NCBI GenBank assembly: GCA_963663365.2
Contig: CAXXIH010000008.1
Coordinates: 1,256,319 to 1,320,318, forward strand
From: a bacterium
GTDB taxonomy: Bacteria; Hinthialibacterota; Hinthialibacteria; Hinthialibacterales; G963663365
Length of the DNA stretch: 64,000 bases
Reading direction: 5' to 3'
Of the stretch, positions 18,862-27,184 are shown one piece after another (position 1 is the first letter of the stretch; each line of letters begins with the position of its first letter). The notes below the pieces were generated by a model. The model ran no database searches. It was not told the DNA's origin and saw only the letters and a program-made list of their open reading frames with translations. The position numbers were made by a program, and so were the translations under genes.

Positions 18862-18949
18862 CTTGCGCACTTACAACGCTTACGATTTTGGGGACATTTC
18901 ACCCCGGCTTACGCCCTCGACGGTCTTCGACCGTCTCAGGCTAAGCCGG
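18862..18949 (+). repeat. repeat module B copy plus nested hairpin
   Basis: CTTGCGCACTTACAACGCTTACGATTTTGGGGACATTTCACCCCGG parallels 36875-36920. It is followed by a nested stem: CCGGCTTA...(GACGGTC-TTC-GACCGTC)...TAAGCCGG. Confidence 0.7.
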
Positions 18950-19055
18950 CTATTGCATTTCGCGCCTCCGGCGCTTGTTTACATAACATTGATGTTTTCA
19001 AAAATTCTAAAGCATCAAAGAACCAAAATCCGTTTTGTCCTTTTCCTCTGCAATT

Positions 19056-20192
19056 TTACTTCTCCCCCATTTCCTCCCACTCCTCCACTCCGGCGGGTTG
19101 GGTGATAGAACTCACATCCCAGAGACGGACGGAATCCTTGAATACGGATGTTAGAAGCCATTTTCCATCAGGCGACCAAGATCGTGAATCAGCATCTTCT
19201 ATTTCATTTCCCAAAATTGCAGTCAGCACTCCTGTTTTCAATTCCCATATGTTCGTATCGCGGGAAGGCAAACCATCTTGTGAGTCAGCAGCGATAAATC
19301 TACTATCCGGCGACAATTCATATCTGCCTGAATGGGGATTAAAATCCGACACATGAATACCGTCGGGATAATTGTATACACTTACCTGCTCCCCGTTTCG
19401 CGAAACAAAATACTTCCCATCGGGAGAGAATACGCTAAATGCATTGAAATCAGAAAAGAAATCCACTATCTCCCAAGTATCGGGGCGTAGAGCAATAGAG
19501 TAACTACGATGAAACATCATGTAATAAGGATATCCGGAGTTGTAAGGTTCATAGTGCACATATAGCAGAAAATTATTGTCTGGTGAAAAGAGGATAGAAT
19601 ACACAAACTCTCCCAAATTTTCGAGTTCCCGGGGAGATTGGCTAACAATAGTTCTTTCTAAAACACCAGTGTTAGAATTCCAGAATTTGATTGTGGCGGT
19701 AGCCATGTCATCGCTTTCAATAAAATCCCCGCCACCAGTTACAATGCTTGATCCATCCGGTGAAAACGTTGCGCAAAGCGTGATCGCGCTATGCTCAAAA
19801 CGATGCAGAATAGCCCCCGTTTCAAGATCGACCAAGAAAGCCGCCCCATCGGGAGTATCGTTTGGCGGTTTCGAATGAGAACTCGATAATACCAAAACCT
19901 TCGAGCCACCTGAAGAAAATCCAGAGAATCTGGCGGAATGCTCAATTGGAATTGAGAATAGCACCTGTGCAGTTTCAACATCTATACTGCGCACAAAAGC
20001 CTCATTCTCCGAATATTTGCCAATCATAAAGCGATTTCCATCCGGCTGAAAGGCAATGTCGGTTATATAAGCGCCGCCAAAATCATACACCTGAACCGGC
20101 TCGTCAATGATCTCGGATGCAGCCGTAAGTTTTGAAATCAGCGATAAAGTCGATAGAAATATTGCCATTCTTGGAAGCATATTGTTCTCCAT
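19056..20192 (-). CDS. secreted WD40/beta-propeller repeat protein
   Basis: Signal peptide present. Repeated 'FSPDG...', 'SPDS', 'WSPDGKWLLT' and 'LWD' motifs. The gene is visibly AT-rich. Confidence 0.7.
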   Translation of the reverse strand: MENNMLPRMAIFLSTLSLISKLTAASEIIDEPVQVYDFGGAYITDIAFQPDGNRFMIGKYSENEAFVRSIDVETAQVLFSIPIEHSARFSGFSSGGSKVLVLSSSHSKPPNDTPDGAAFLVDLETGAILHRFEHSAITLCATFSPDGSSIVTGGGDFIESDDMATATIKFWNSNTGVLERTIVSQSPRELENLGEFVYSILFSPDNNFLLYVHYEPYNSGYPYYMMFHRSYSIALRPDTWEIVDFFSDFNAFSVFSPDGKYFVSRNGEQVSVYNYPDGIHVSDFNPHSGRYELSPDSRFIAADSQDGLPSRDTNIWELKTGVLTAILGNEIEDADSRSWSPDGKWLLTSVFKDSVRLWDVSSITQPAGVEEWEEMGEK

Positions 20193-20215
20193 TTTTCATC
20201 TTTTCACAATAGCCG

Positions 20216-20250
20216 CCGCTGGCCCGAGCAAAAATAGCCCGGGCCAGCGG
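20216..20250 (-). other. strong intercistronic stem-loop (14-bp stem, 1 mismatch) without a U-tract
   Basis: CCGCTGGCCCGAGC-AAAAATA-GCCCGGGCCAGCGG. It lies between the stop of the 581-aa ORF (20263) and the start of the WD40 gene (20192). Confidence 0.6.
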
Positions 20251-20262
20251 ATTTGAATTATA

Positions 20263-22008
20263 TCATTCGTCGACTTCAATCGCCCAACGGTGAAGATTGT
20301 TTTCATGCGTGTAACTGGGATCGTTGGTAGCTTTAAGATAATAAATATGAGAGTCTTTTGTAAATTCTTTGTCCGTATTATGGACGAAAACACAATAGAA
20401 GTTTTTGTACCAATATGTCCCGGTTTGCCAATGAAAGATGGTTAAGCCTTGGTCCCAGTTGATGAGATCGTCAGATGTGAAGATGACGTTGCCCGATGTA
20501 CCGGTACCGTCATCGCCTTCGGCAATCATAAACCACTTCTCGATGCCATTATGCCAGCTGACTCTTGGGCCGGCCATATTAATCAAGTCTTCATCTGGAA
20601 TACTGTGGATGCCGTCGCCGGGCTGCACCGCGCCGCTGCCATCATTGAAGCCCGGAGTTATAAAGCCTCCACCGTTTCTGTTGTCATAGATCATCCAAGG
20701 ATTATCCTCCATCTCATATTGATTAAAGGGCACATCGAGGTATGAGGTTGCGGCCCTGGCAATACCTACGCCGTACTCAATATCATCTTCAAAGTCACCT
20801 TCTTCTTGAAACCCTAAGTCCCAAAAATATTGCTTATCCGGCGTCGCCCAATAAGTGTAAAAACAGTAGTAATACGATCCGCTTTTTATGATTTGAGGTG
20901 TGGAGCAGCCGCCGTTATGGGGATTATTGTTTAATGGCCAACTTCCATCTCCATCTGGAGCTTCCGCCCAGGACCAGCGCTGGGCTTCGGTGTAGTCTGC
21001 TGTGATAATGGCGCTGCCCCAGCCGCCGCGCTCCGGGCACGGAAAATTGGGAACGGATGAGTCGCCATCGTGTGTGAGGCGAGTGAAGTAATAAGCGTCA
21101 TCGAGATTATCCTGGTCAAAGTTGGAGCGGGCATAGCCGACGCGAAACATGCTGGCGGTCTTCCACTGGTTATTGAAACATTTATCCTCGCAATGCAACA
21201 CAGCATGCAAAAAAGTGCCGGCCCAGTACGATGCCTTGATAACTCCCGAAATTCCGGAATAGAGATTATCGAGTTCATAAGTTTCTTCATCAATGGGATA
21301 GAGAACTTGCCAGGGATATTGGGGAGGATTCACACCATACGCCGGATCGCCGTATTGGTCTTTGTAAACCAACCGCGCATTGATATCGGTTACGGATGTA
21401 ACATGAAAACTGCCAAGTCCATTCAGATCGATGGCATAAGCGGACTTGAAACCGCCATTCATGTAACCGATATACCGGTCGTTGAAATACTCCACCGTAA
21501 AACACTCACCGTTGAAATGAGGCAGTCCTGGAAAATCGAAATATTCCTCGGAACCGATTAACTCAGTTGTAAGGTTTATTTTGGCCGAGGCAACCGCGGG
21601 AACCCCGCCCGGAGTATCCGGAGCGCCGATTTGGTCACCGATACGCACCTTAAAGTCGGCATGGACCAGACGGGCCTTATACCAACGCGCTTCATTCTCC
21701 TGGCCGGCTTTGGAATCAAAGCGCATTTCCAAAATCAAGCGCACATCCATACCAGCGTATTCAGAGAGGTCTTGAATCATCGAACCGGACTGCACCCGTT
21801 CATAACCAGCCAAGTGAATATCGGACACGCCGCCATAACGCGGATCATATTTTTCCGGTTGACGATATTCGCCCAGGGTTTTCCAGGCGCCGCTTTTTGA
21901 ATCCCGGCGCTGCACGAGGATAGCCACTTGGGCCGCCTTTTCGGCACCGGCCTCGCCTATGGATGATTCCCAGGAGAGCTCCATCTGGATATGTTTGGCT
22001 TTGGGCAT
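20263..22008 (-). CDS. hypothetical protein; C-terminal part possibly a beta-propeller glycosidase-like fold
   Basis: 581-aa ORF with no signal peptide. It is in the same frame as the upstream 126-aa ORF and separated from it only by TAA. 'WFMIAEGDDG...GNVIFTSDDLINWDQG' is reminiscent of GH43/GH32-type blades. Low certainty. Confidence 0.6.
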   Translation of the reverse strand: MPKAKHIQMELSWESSIGEAGAEKAAQVAILVQRRDSKSGAWKTLGEYRQPEKYDPRYGGVSDIHLAGYERVQSGSMIQDLSEYAGMDVRLILEMRFDSKAGQENEARWYKARLVHADFKVRIGDQIGAPDTPGGVPAVASAKINLTTELIGSEEYFDFPGLPHFNGECFTVEYFNDRYIGYMNGGFKSAYAIDLNGLGSFHVTSVTDINARLVYKDQYGDPAYGVNPPQYPWQVLYPIDEETYELDNLYSGISGVIKASYWAGTFLHAVLHCEDKCFNNQWKTASMFRVGYARSNFDQDNLDDAYYFTRLTHDGDSSVPNFPCPERGGWGSAIITADYTEAQRWSWAEAPDGDGSWPLNNNPHNGGCSTPQIIKSGSYYYCFYTYWATPDKQYFWDLGFQEEGDFEDDIEYGVGIARAATSYLDVPFNQYEMEDNPWMIYDNRNGGGFITPGFNDGSGAVQPGDGIHSIPDEDLINMAGPRVSWHNGIEKWFMIAEGDDGTGTSGNVIFTSDDLINWDQGLTIFHWQTGTYWYKNFYCVFVHNTDKEFTKDSHIYYLKATNDPSYTHENNLHRWAIEVDE

Positions 22009-22389
22009 TTAACCTTCCCAAACCGCGCGTGTCCCGCGTTCGTCATTCTTCTCTGCGGCTGAGACTTCAATGGCAACCACAGATACTTCCGCATCTTCAT
22101 CAAAATACGTCTCGGTTCCCGGCGCTCTGCGAAACGCTCCGCGTTTCTTACCCTTAACCGCGCTGGATGTTGTCAGCCCTTTTGCACCCAAGGCCAACGG
22201 TTCATCCTGCAAATTCGTCCAGGCAAAGTTATCCGCATCCCGGACAAGTTCGAAATCTTCCACAATCTCGGCTCCAGCCGTGCCTGCAAGCCAAAGACCT
22301 GCAAACAGGACCGCGATAATTAGAGGGCAGGTTTTACCCCCCCCCCCCATTCTGATTTTTTTGATCGGAATTGTAATAATTGTAGACAT
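22009..22389 (-). CDS. small ORF encoding a signal peptide plus ~90 aa; possibly the N-terminus of the 581-aa protein
   Basis: 'MGGGGKTCPLIIAVLFAGLWLAGTAGA' signal peptide. The ORF stops at TAA (22009-22011), directly abutting the ATG at 22008 in the same frame. Confidence 0.5.
   Translation of the reverse strand: MSTIITIPIKKIRMGGGGKTCPLIIAVLFAGLWLAGTAGAEIVEDFELVRDADNFAWTNLQDEPLALGAKGLTTSSAVKGKKRGAFRRAPGTETYFDEDAEVSVVAIEVSAAEKNDERGTRAVWEG
22337..22348 (-). repeat. homopolymer G12 on the coding strand (C12 on +)
   Basis: ATG GGG GGG GGG GGT AAA at the candidate start of the signal peptide. It is the longest homopolymer I noticed in the window. Confidence 0.95.
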
Positions 22390-22477
22390 ATTTTCCCCCT
22401 TAACTACGTGAGGTCCTTCTGTGATGAGGACAGGCTACGCCAACCCTTCGGCCATACTTGCTTAGGACAAAGTTGAG

Positions 22478-22592
22478 TCCGCCTCCGGTATTGCTCCGAA
22501 AACGATTGTAACCATCAGTCGCTCAAACGCGCCTAAAACACCCCGGGTCGCATTAGGCTTTGGATGGTGAGGGTTCGCTCCGGATACCCGCA
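22478..22592 (-). repeat. copy 3 (core-only) of the DUF3109-tail-derived segment, in the 5' leader of the 22389 ORF
   Basis: Cores GCGGGTATCCGGAGCG, GTGTTTTAGGCGCG and GCAATACCGGAGGCGGAC occur in the same order and orientation as in the copies at 35397-35535 and 12290-12436. Confidence 0.55.
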
Positions 22593-22608
22593 TCATCGAC
22601 TATCGGTA

Positions 22609-22637
22609 CTAATATCACAGTGAATTGGCAGTGTCAA
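22609..22637 (-). promoter_or_regulatory. sigma70-like promoter candidate for the 22389 operon
   Basis: TTGACA (22637-22632), a 17-nt spacer, then TATTAG (22614-22609). This would give a ~215-nt leader containing repeat copy 3. Confidence 0.4.
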
Positions 22638-22860
22638 TCAATTAATTCAAGAAATCTTAAATAATTTGTGGTGAGGACATTGAGAAGCAAGTTCACTAAT
22701 TAGGTCAAAATAGGATTGATTCCTCTGAGTTACAACTGCTTCTATAAAGATCAATTTAATATCTTCTTGGATAACTTCATATTTCTGAGAAGATTCGGCA
22801 AATTCTCCTCATTCCCGCTTCTGACAAAGATTTATTTGCCGCGTCTTATACAGCCCCGCA

Positions 22861-23622
22861 TCATCCCCCGAATTTCCGTACAAAAATCGAGCGGGGTTGG
22901 GTTTCATCCCAAGGGACACCATTAAAATCGCCATAAACGGTATCGGGTTTAAGACCTGCGCGAGTAAGCATTTCAATCATCTCATCACATTCATAAAGAC
23001 GAACCGATTCAAGAAACACTTCGCGGCGGTCCCCCTCTTCAACCGTTATACGTTTTTCTACACGGCGTCCGTCATCGGTCAACCAACGTTTTTCAATCAC
23101 ACGGCGTCCATGGGTTGTTTTCTCGCTACGCGGAACAAGATCCGCGCGAACCCGGGCGGGATTGAGATAGTCGATTAAATATGCGCCGCCGGATTTAAGA
23201 ACACGCGCGATCTCTTTGAGAACACCGAGATTTTCCGCATCTTTTTGAAAATACCCGAACGACGTAAAAAACATCAGCACCGCATCGAAACCATGGTCAA
23301 CATACGGCAGAGCACGCATATCGCCGCGCACCAGTGGTTCCAACGTATACTGGGCGCGTCCCCGTTTTAGCAACTCCGCCGAATAATCCATCCCCTGCAC
23401 AGATGCCATCCCCCGGTCCAAAAGCGCCCGTGTATGCCGTCCGAAACCGCAGCATAAATCAAGAATGCGCATTGATGGTTCGAGGTTTAACGCTTGGCAG
23501 GCGAATCCGGCTTCGGCCACGGCGCTTTCGAAATCGCGATGTCCGTAAACGTCGGCATAGGTTTCATTAAACCACCCCGCCCACCAGGACCGGGCATCCG
23601 TTGGAGAAGATAAATCGTTCAT
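22861..23622 (-). CDS. class I SAM-dependent methyltransferase
   Basis: 'ILDLCCGFGRH' motif I, 'FDAVLMFFTSFGYF', 'LKSGGAYLID'. Confidence 0.85.
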   Translation of the reverse strand: MNDLSSPTDARSWWAGWFNETYADVYGHRDFESAVAEAGFACQALNLEPSMRILDLCCGFGRHTRALLDRGMASVQGMDYSAELLKRGRAQYTLEPLVRGDMRALPYVDHGFDAVLMFFTSFGYFQKDAENLGVLKEIARVLKSGGAYLIDYLNPARVRADLVPRSEKTTHGRRVIEKRWLTDDGRRVEKRITVEEGDRREVFLESVRLYECDEMIEMLTRAGLKPDTVYGDFNGVPWDETQPRSIFVRKFGG

Positions 23623-23729
23623 AGTAATGCCAATTGGGTGTACTGCAAAAAGAGTGTCAGTAGAAGTCTGTCCGGCAATTGTTTGTCCGGCGGATGGTCC
23701 GAACGAGACGTTTTACGCAATTCGCGCCC

Positions 23730-23780
23730 CAAAAAGAAAAACGGCCCGGGTCGATTCCGAAATGGAAAACGGACCGGGCC
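23730..23780 (-). terminator. rho-independent terminator candidate downstream of the peroxiredoxin gene
   Basis: On the - strand: GGCCCGGTC...GACCCGGGCC stem followed by GTTTTTCTTTTT. Confidence 0.55.
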
Positions 23781-23813
23781 ATCAATGATTGTTTCAACAA
23801 ACAAAGTCAACGT

Positions 23814-24332
23814 TTAGAGATGCTTATCTCCGGGTTTCCAGCTGGCCGGGCAGAGTTCGCCGGATTGGAAAGCCGCGCAAACGCGGAGCAGCTCATCGGC
23901 ATTACGGCCGACTTCCAAGTTGTGAACAATGGCGGCCTGGAGAACATTATCCGGATCGATCAAGAAGGCTCCACGCAGGGAGATGCCTTTTTCCTCAATC
24001 AGAATGCCGAACATACGGCTGATGCGATGATTGAGATCGCTGATCCATGGATAGGGGCTTTCACCCAGTTCTTTGGTCCACGCTTGGTGTGAAAAGGGGC
24101 TATCGGTGCTGGCGAGAAATACTTCAACGCCGATCTTTTTGAACTCATCCGCTTTGGCGATGAGCTCTTTGATCTCTGTCGGGCAGACAAACGTAAAATC
24201 GAGCGGGTAGAAAAAGATCAAACGCCACTTGCCTGCATAATCATCCAACGAGATTCCATCTAGGTTCGGTTTTCCATCGACATAAGCCGGGACAGTAAAA
24301 TTCGGAACTTTGGTTCCTACGCGAATGGCCAT
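23814..24332 (-). CDS. 2-Cys peroxiredoxin (AhpC/Prx1 family)
   Basis: 'FFYPLDFTFVCPTEI' peroxidatic Cys and 'GELCPASWKPG' resolving Cys. GGAGGA lies upstream of the ATG. Confidence 0.92.
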   Translation of the reverse strand: MAIRVGTKVPNFTVPAYVDGKPNLDGISLDDYAGKWRLIFFYPLDFTFVCPTEIKELIAKADEFKKIGVEVFLASTDSPFSHQAWTKELGESPYPWISDLNHRISRMFGILIEEKGISLRGAFLIDPDNVLQAAIVHNLEVGRNADELLRVCAAFQSGELCPASWKPGDKHL

Positions 24333-24610
24333 TGAGCCAATCCTCCTTGGGGGATTTTCGTTAGTGGGACGACCCCTCGGTATCCCAAAAGGTCAGTTGC
24401 CTAACCCGTCAGAGCTGAACCTATCAAAACCGTATCGGGGCTGAAACCCTCCCCCGGCACGTTGTCACTTTATGAATGACCTTTTGCGCAAAAAAGACGG
24501 AAACAGTTAGGAATCGGTAAGTTGTGACATTTCAATAGGCAGTAAAATGGATAGGCATAGGCGGATTGGAGGTGTTGATCTACACCATGAATCCCATGCA
24601 GGTACTGTGT

Positions 24611-25687
24611 TTACTCTTTGCGGATTGTCATACGGGAATCCAAAGACTGGCGAAGGGAGTCCGGCACAATTTTGACGGGACGGGTATCGATAACCCGTTG
24701 CCGTTTGATTTCAGGTTCCTGCTTCGCGCTCATATTTGACGGCTTAAGGAGCTGCGGTTGTTTTGTTTCAATTGTACTTAATCGAACCCGCATTTTCTCG
24801 GCGACTTTATTCCACTCGACAGCTTTGCCGGGATCGCCCAACGGTTCGATATTCATATCACCATCGCCCATGATTTGTTCGATCATCTCCGGATCGTCAA
24901 CAAAACTCAGAACATCGGATGGATCCATGAATGTAGGCACTGAAGATCCGCGTGATTGAACCATACAAGGTACAACAGGCGGCAAAAGTTTATGTTTGAT
25001 TGCCGCTCCCCAGAAACGCATATATGTCTTTTGGGCTTCGGCAATCACTTTTTTCCAAGGATCTAATCCTGTTTTTTTCTCGTACAAAGCAGGCGCCTGG
25101 CGTTGATCGCGGGAAGCATACATCGATAACCCCTCTTGGACGATCAAAATCACCATATTGCTGTCCGGCCGAAGTTTGTCCCGGAAAAACTGAATAGCCA
25201 AATGGCAGGTCGGATAAAGCAAATACCCCATGCGGCTGGAAGTCACAATTTGCCGTTCTTCCGCGCAGGGGTTATACCCAACACAACAAACCTTCCCAAG
25301 TTCTTTGCTCTGCTCTTCCCATGGTTCGGGGATTCTACATAAACAGGCTTCAAGACGATCCTTGGTAATCGGTTTAATGAGAAAATCTACAGCGCCCATT
25401 TCCAGACATTGACGTACTGTCGAGGTATCGCCGGCGGCGCCGGTCATCATAACCACCTTGGCGCGCCGTCCGGCAGCCTGGATCTGAGAGAGCACGGCCA
25501 GACCATCCAAGCCGGGCATGACGATATCTAACAACACGATGGTTGGGTTGCGGCCTCGAAAACTATCCAGTCCACGATATCCATCATCGGCCTGACCGAC
25601 AACACTGTGCCCCAACGAAGAAACCAATGAACATACTAAGTTCCGGTTCGTGGAGTCATCATCAACGACAAGAACTTTATGAGCCAT
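24611..25687 (-). CDS. response regulator: CheY-like receiver plus ~230-aa C-terminal region of unknown function
   Basis: Start chosen at 25687 (MAHKVLVVDDD). 'LDIVMPGLDG' and 'VVMMTG...GA.DFLIKP' are receiver motifs. The C-terminal two-thirds match nothing I recognise. Confidence 0.8.
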   Translation of the reverse strand: MAHKVLVVDDDSTNRNLVCSLVSSLGHSVVGQADDGYRGLDSFRGRNPTIVLLDIVMPGLDGLAVLSQIQAAGRRAKVVMMTGAAGDTSTVRQCLEMGAVDFLIKPITKDRLEACLCRIPEPWEEQSKELGKVCCVGYNPCAEERQIVTSSRMGYLLYPTCHLAIQFFRDKLRPDSNMVILIVQEGLSMYASRDQRQAPALYEKKTGLDPWKKVIAEAQKTYMRFWGAAIKHKLLPPVVPCMVQSRGSSVPTFMDPSDVLSFVDDPEMIEQIMGDGDMNIEPLGDPGKAVEWNKVAEKMRVRLSTIETKQPQLLKPSNMSAKQEPEIKRQRVIDTRPVKIVPDSLRQSLDSRMTIRKE

Positions 25688-25887
25688 AACACAATACTGA
25701 TCTAAATGCTTATATTTCTTTCGATTACGATTACTGTAATGCGGATTTATTCCGCATATTGACACTCCCCAAAATCTGCTCGCAACAGAACAGCTACCTA
25801 TAGTATACTTCGAGATTTTCAGAATACCGGAAATTGGCAGTTACGATTTCATGAAAATGCGCAACAACGTCCAGAATTATTTACGTT

Positions 25888-27030
25888 TCAGGACGCATAG
25901 GTGTTCTCATAGACATCGCAAAATACCTTTTCCGCCGAAGAAAAATGTTGAACACAGCCCATTTTCAGCTGGCACGCATCAAATGGCTGGCCAGAGGCAA
26001 TTTTTCGGGGCATAAGCGGATCGGCCATTGACTGTTTCCCAAATCCGACCAAATCGGTATGCCCCGCCTCGACACAATACCGCGCAGCATAAGGCCAATC
26101 GGCTCCCATAGCGGAATTACCGGTATTCAAAGTAAGAACATCTGTAGAGACAAGCTCACGCTTTACCAAAGATGCCACACGTAGAGAGCGGTAGAGATCC
26201 TCTTCGCATTCCGGACGCGTGGAATAGGCTTCGGGCCACCCGGGGAGAGCGGGACCGGTGACACTGGCTATATGCACCCCCAATTCCGCCAGAAGTGCGA
26301 GGAGTCTGCGCGGTTCCGAAAAATCGGGGACTGCGCTTTCCGGCCCAGCGGCGCCGAATTCGCCCGGACCTTCATCATAAATTGACAGACGGGAAATCAG
26401 AAGCAGACCGGGATACTTGGAACGTATTGCCTCAATCACTTCACAGAAGAAACGTGTGCGGTTTTCGAACGAACCGCCGTATTCATCATCACGCGTATTT
26501 CGTGGGGCGATGAGTTCTCCACCGAAAAAGGCGTGGCATTGCTTAATATCGACACCATCGAAGCCCGCTTCCAGAGCCAATCCCGCAGACTCGATCATCG
26601 CATCACGCACATGCAGGATTTCATCACGGGTCATGAGACGGCAGTCGGGATCATCTGTTGGGGCAGGCGAGCAACGGCGTCCGGCTTCAGCCTCGATATG
26701 CCGTCCATTGTGGGATAGCTGAATAAAAATCAGCGGTTCGGGATTCGCGCCGCGAAGTTCACCGACCATACCGGCAAAGGCCCCCACAGTCTTAGGAGTC
26801 AACGCCGTCTGCCGCCGCACGGGGCGGTCTTCTTCCACAACTGAAGTACATTCAATGCAATACATGCCCCAGCCCCCCTCTGCCAGCCGTTTATAGCGCC
26901 GGATCGTATCAGGGCTCGGCGCGCCATTCTCCAAGGCGGTATTGGTCTCCATGGGCTGGGCAAATAGCCGGTTGGTGGCAACCCGGTCACCGATCGAAAC
27001 AGGTTGAAAGAACAGGTCTATTGAACTCAT
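25888..27030 (-). CDS. NADH:flavin oxidoreductase, Old Yellow Enzyme family
   Basis: 'NR....PM......G.P', 'QL.H.GR', 'GFDGVDIK.CH' and 'R..R.SIYD' are TIM-barrel OYE patterns. Confidence 0.85.
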   Translation of the reverse strand: MSSIDLFFQPVSIGDRVATNRLFAQPMETNTALENGAPSPDTIRRYKRLAEGGWGMYCIECTSVVEEDRPVRRQTALTPKTVGAFAGMVGELRGANPEPLIFIQLSHNGRHIEAEAGRRCSPAPTDDPDCRLMTRDEILHVRDAMIESAGLALEAGFDGVDIKQCHAFFGGELIAPRNTRDDEYGGSFENRTRFFCEVIEAIRSKYPGLLLISRLSIYDEGPGEFGAAGPESAVPDFSEPRRLLALLAELGVHIASVTGPALPGWPEAYSTRPECEEDLYRSLRVASLVKRELVSTDVLTLNTGNSAMGADWPYAARYCVEAGHTDLVGFGKQSMADPLMPRKIASGQPFDACQLKMGCVQHFSSAEKVFCDVYENTYAS

Positions 27031-27184
27031 GACGACACCACCCTAAATCGAGAAATTCATCCAAGAAATCCGATAAGAGACTACAGCAATCGACGGCTTG
27101 TACAATTTTATGCCGAAATCCGAGAAAAAGGATCACCCGGGCACGGTGCGCATCAAGAGGAGCGGCTGATACACTGCAAAGATT

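Noticed and set aside
11867-22011. Two in-frame TAA codons (11867-11869 and 22009-22011) inside apparently continuous reading frames, considered as evidence for TAA stop-codon reassignment.
   Set aside because: TAA is used as an ordinary terminator by many well-supported genes here, including acyP, the cupin, the GIY-YIG gene and the WD40 gene. Both cases sit in decaying or foreign-looking blocks. Nonsense mutation, sequencing error or genuine two-gene coupling are simpler explanations.
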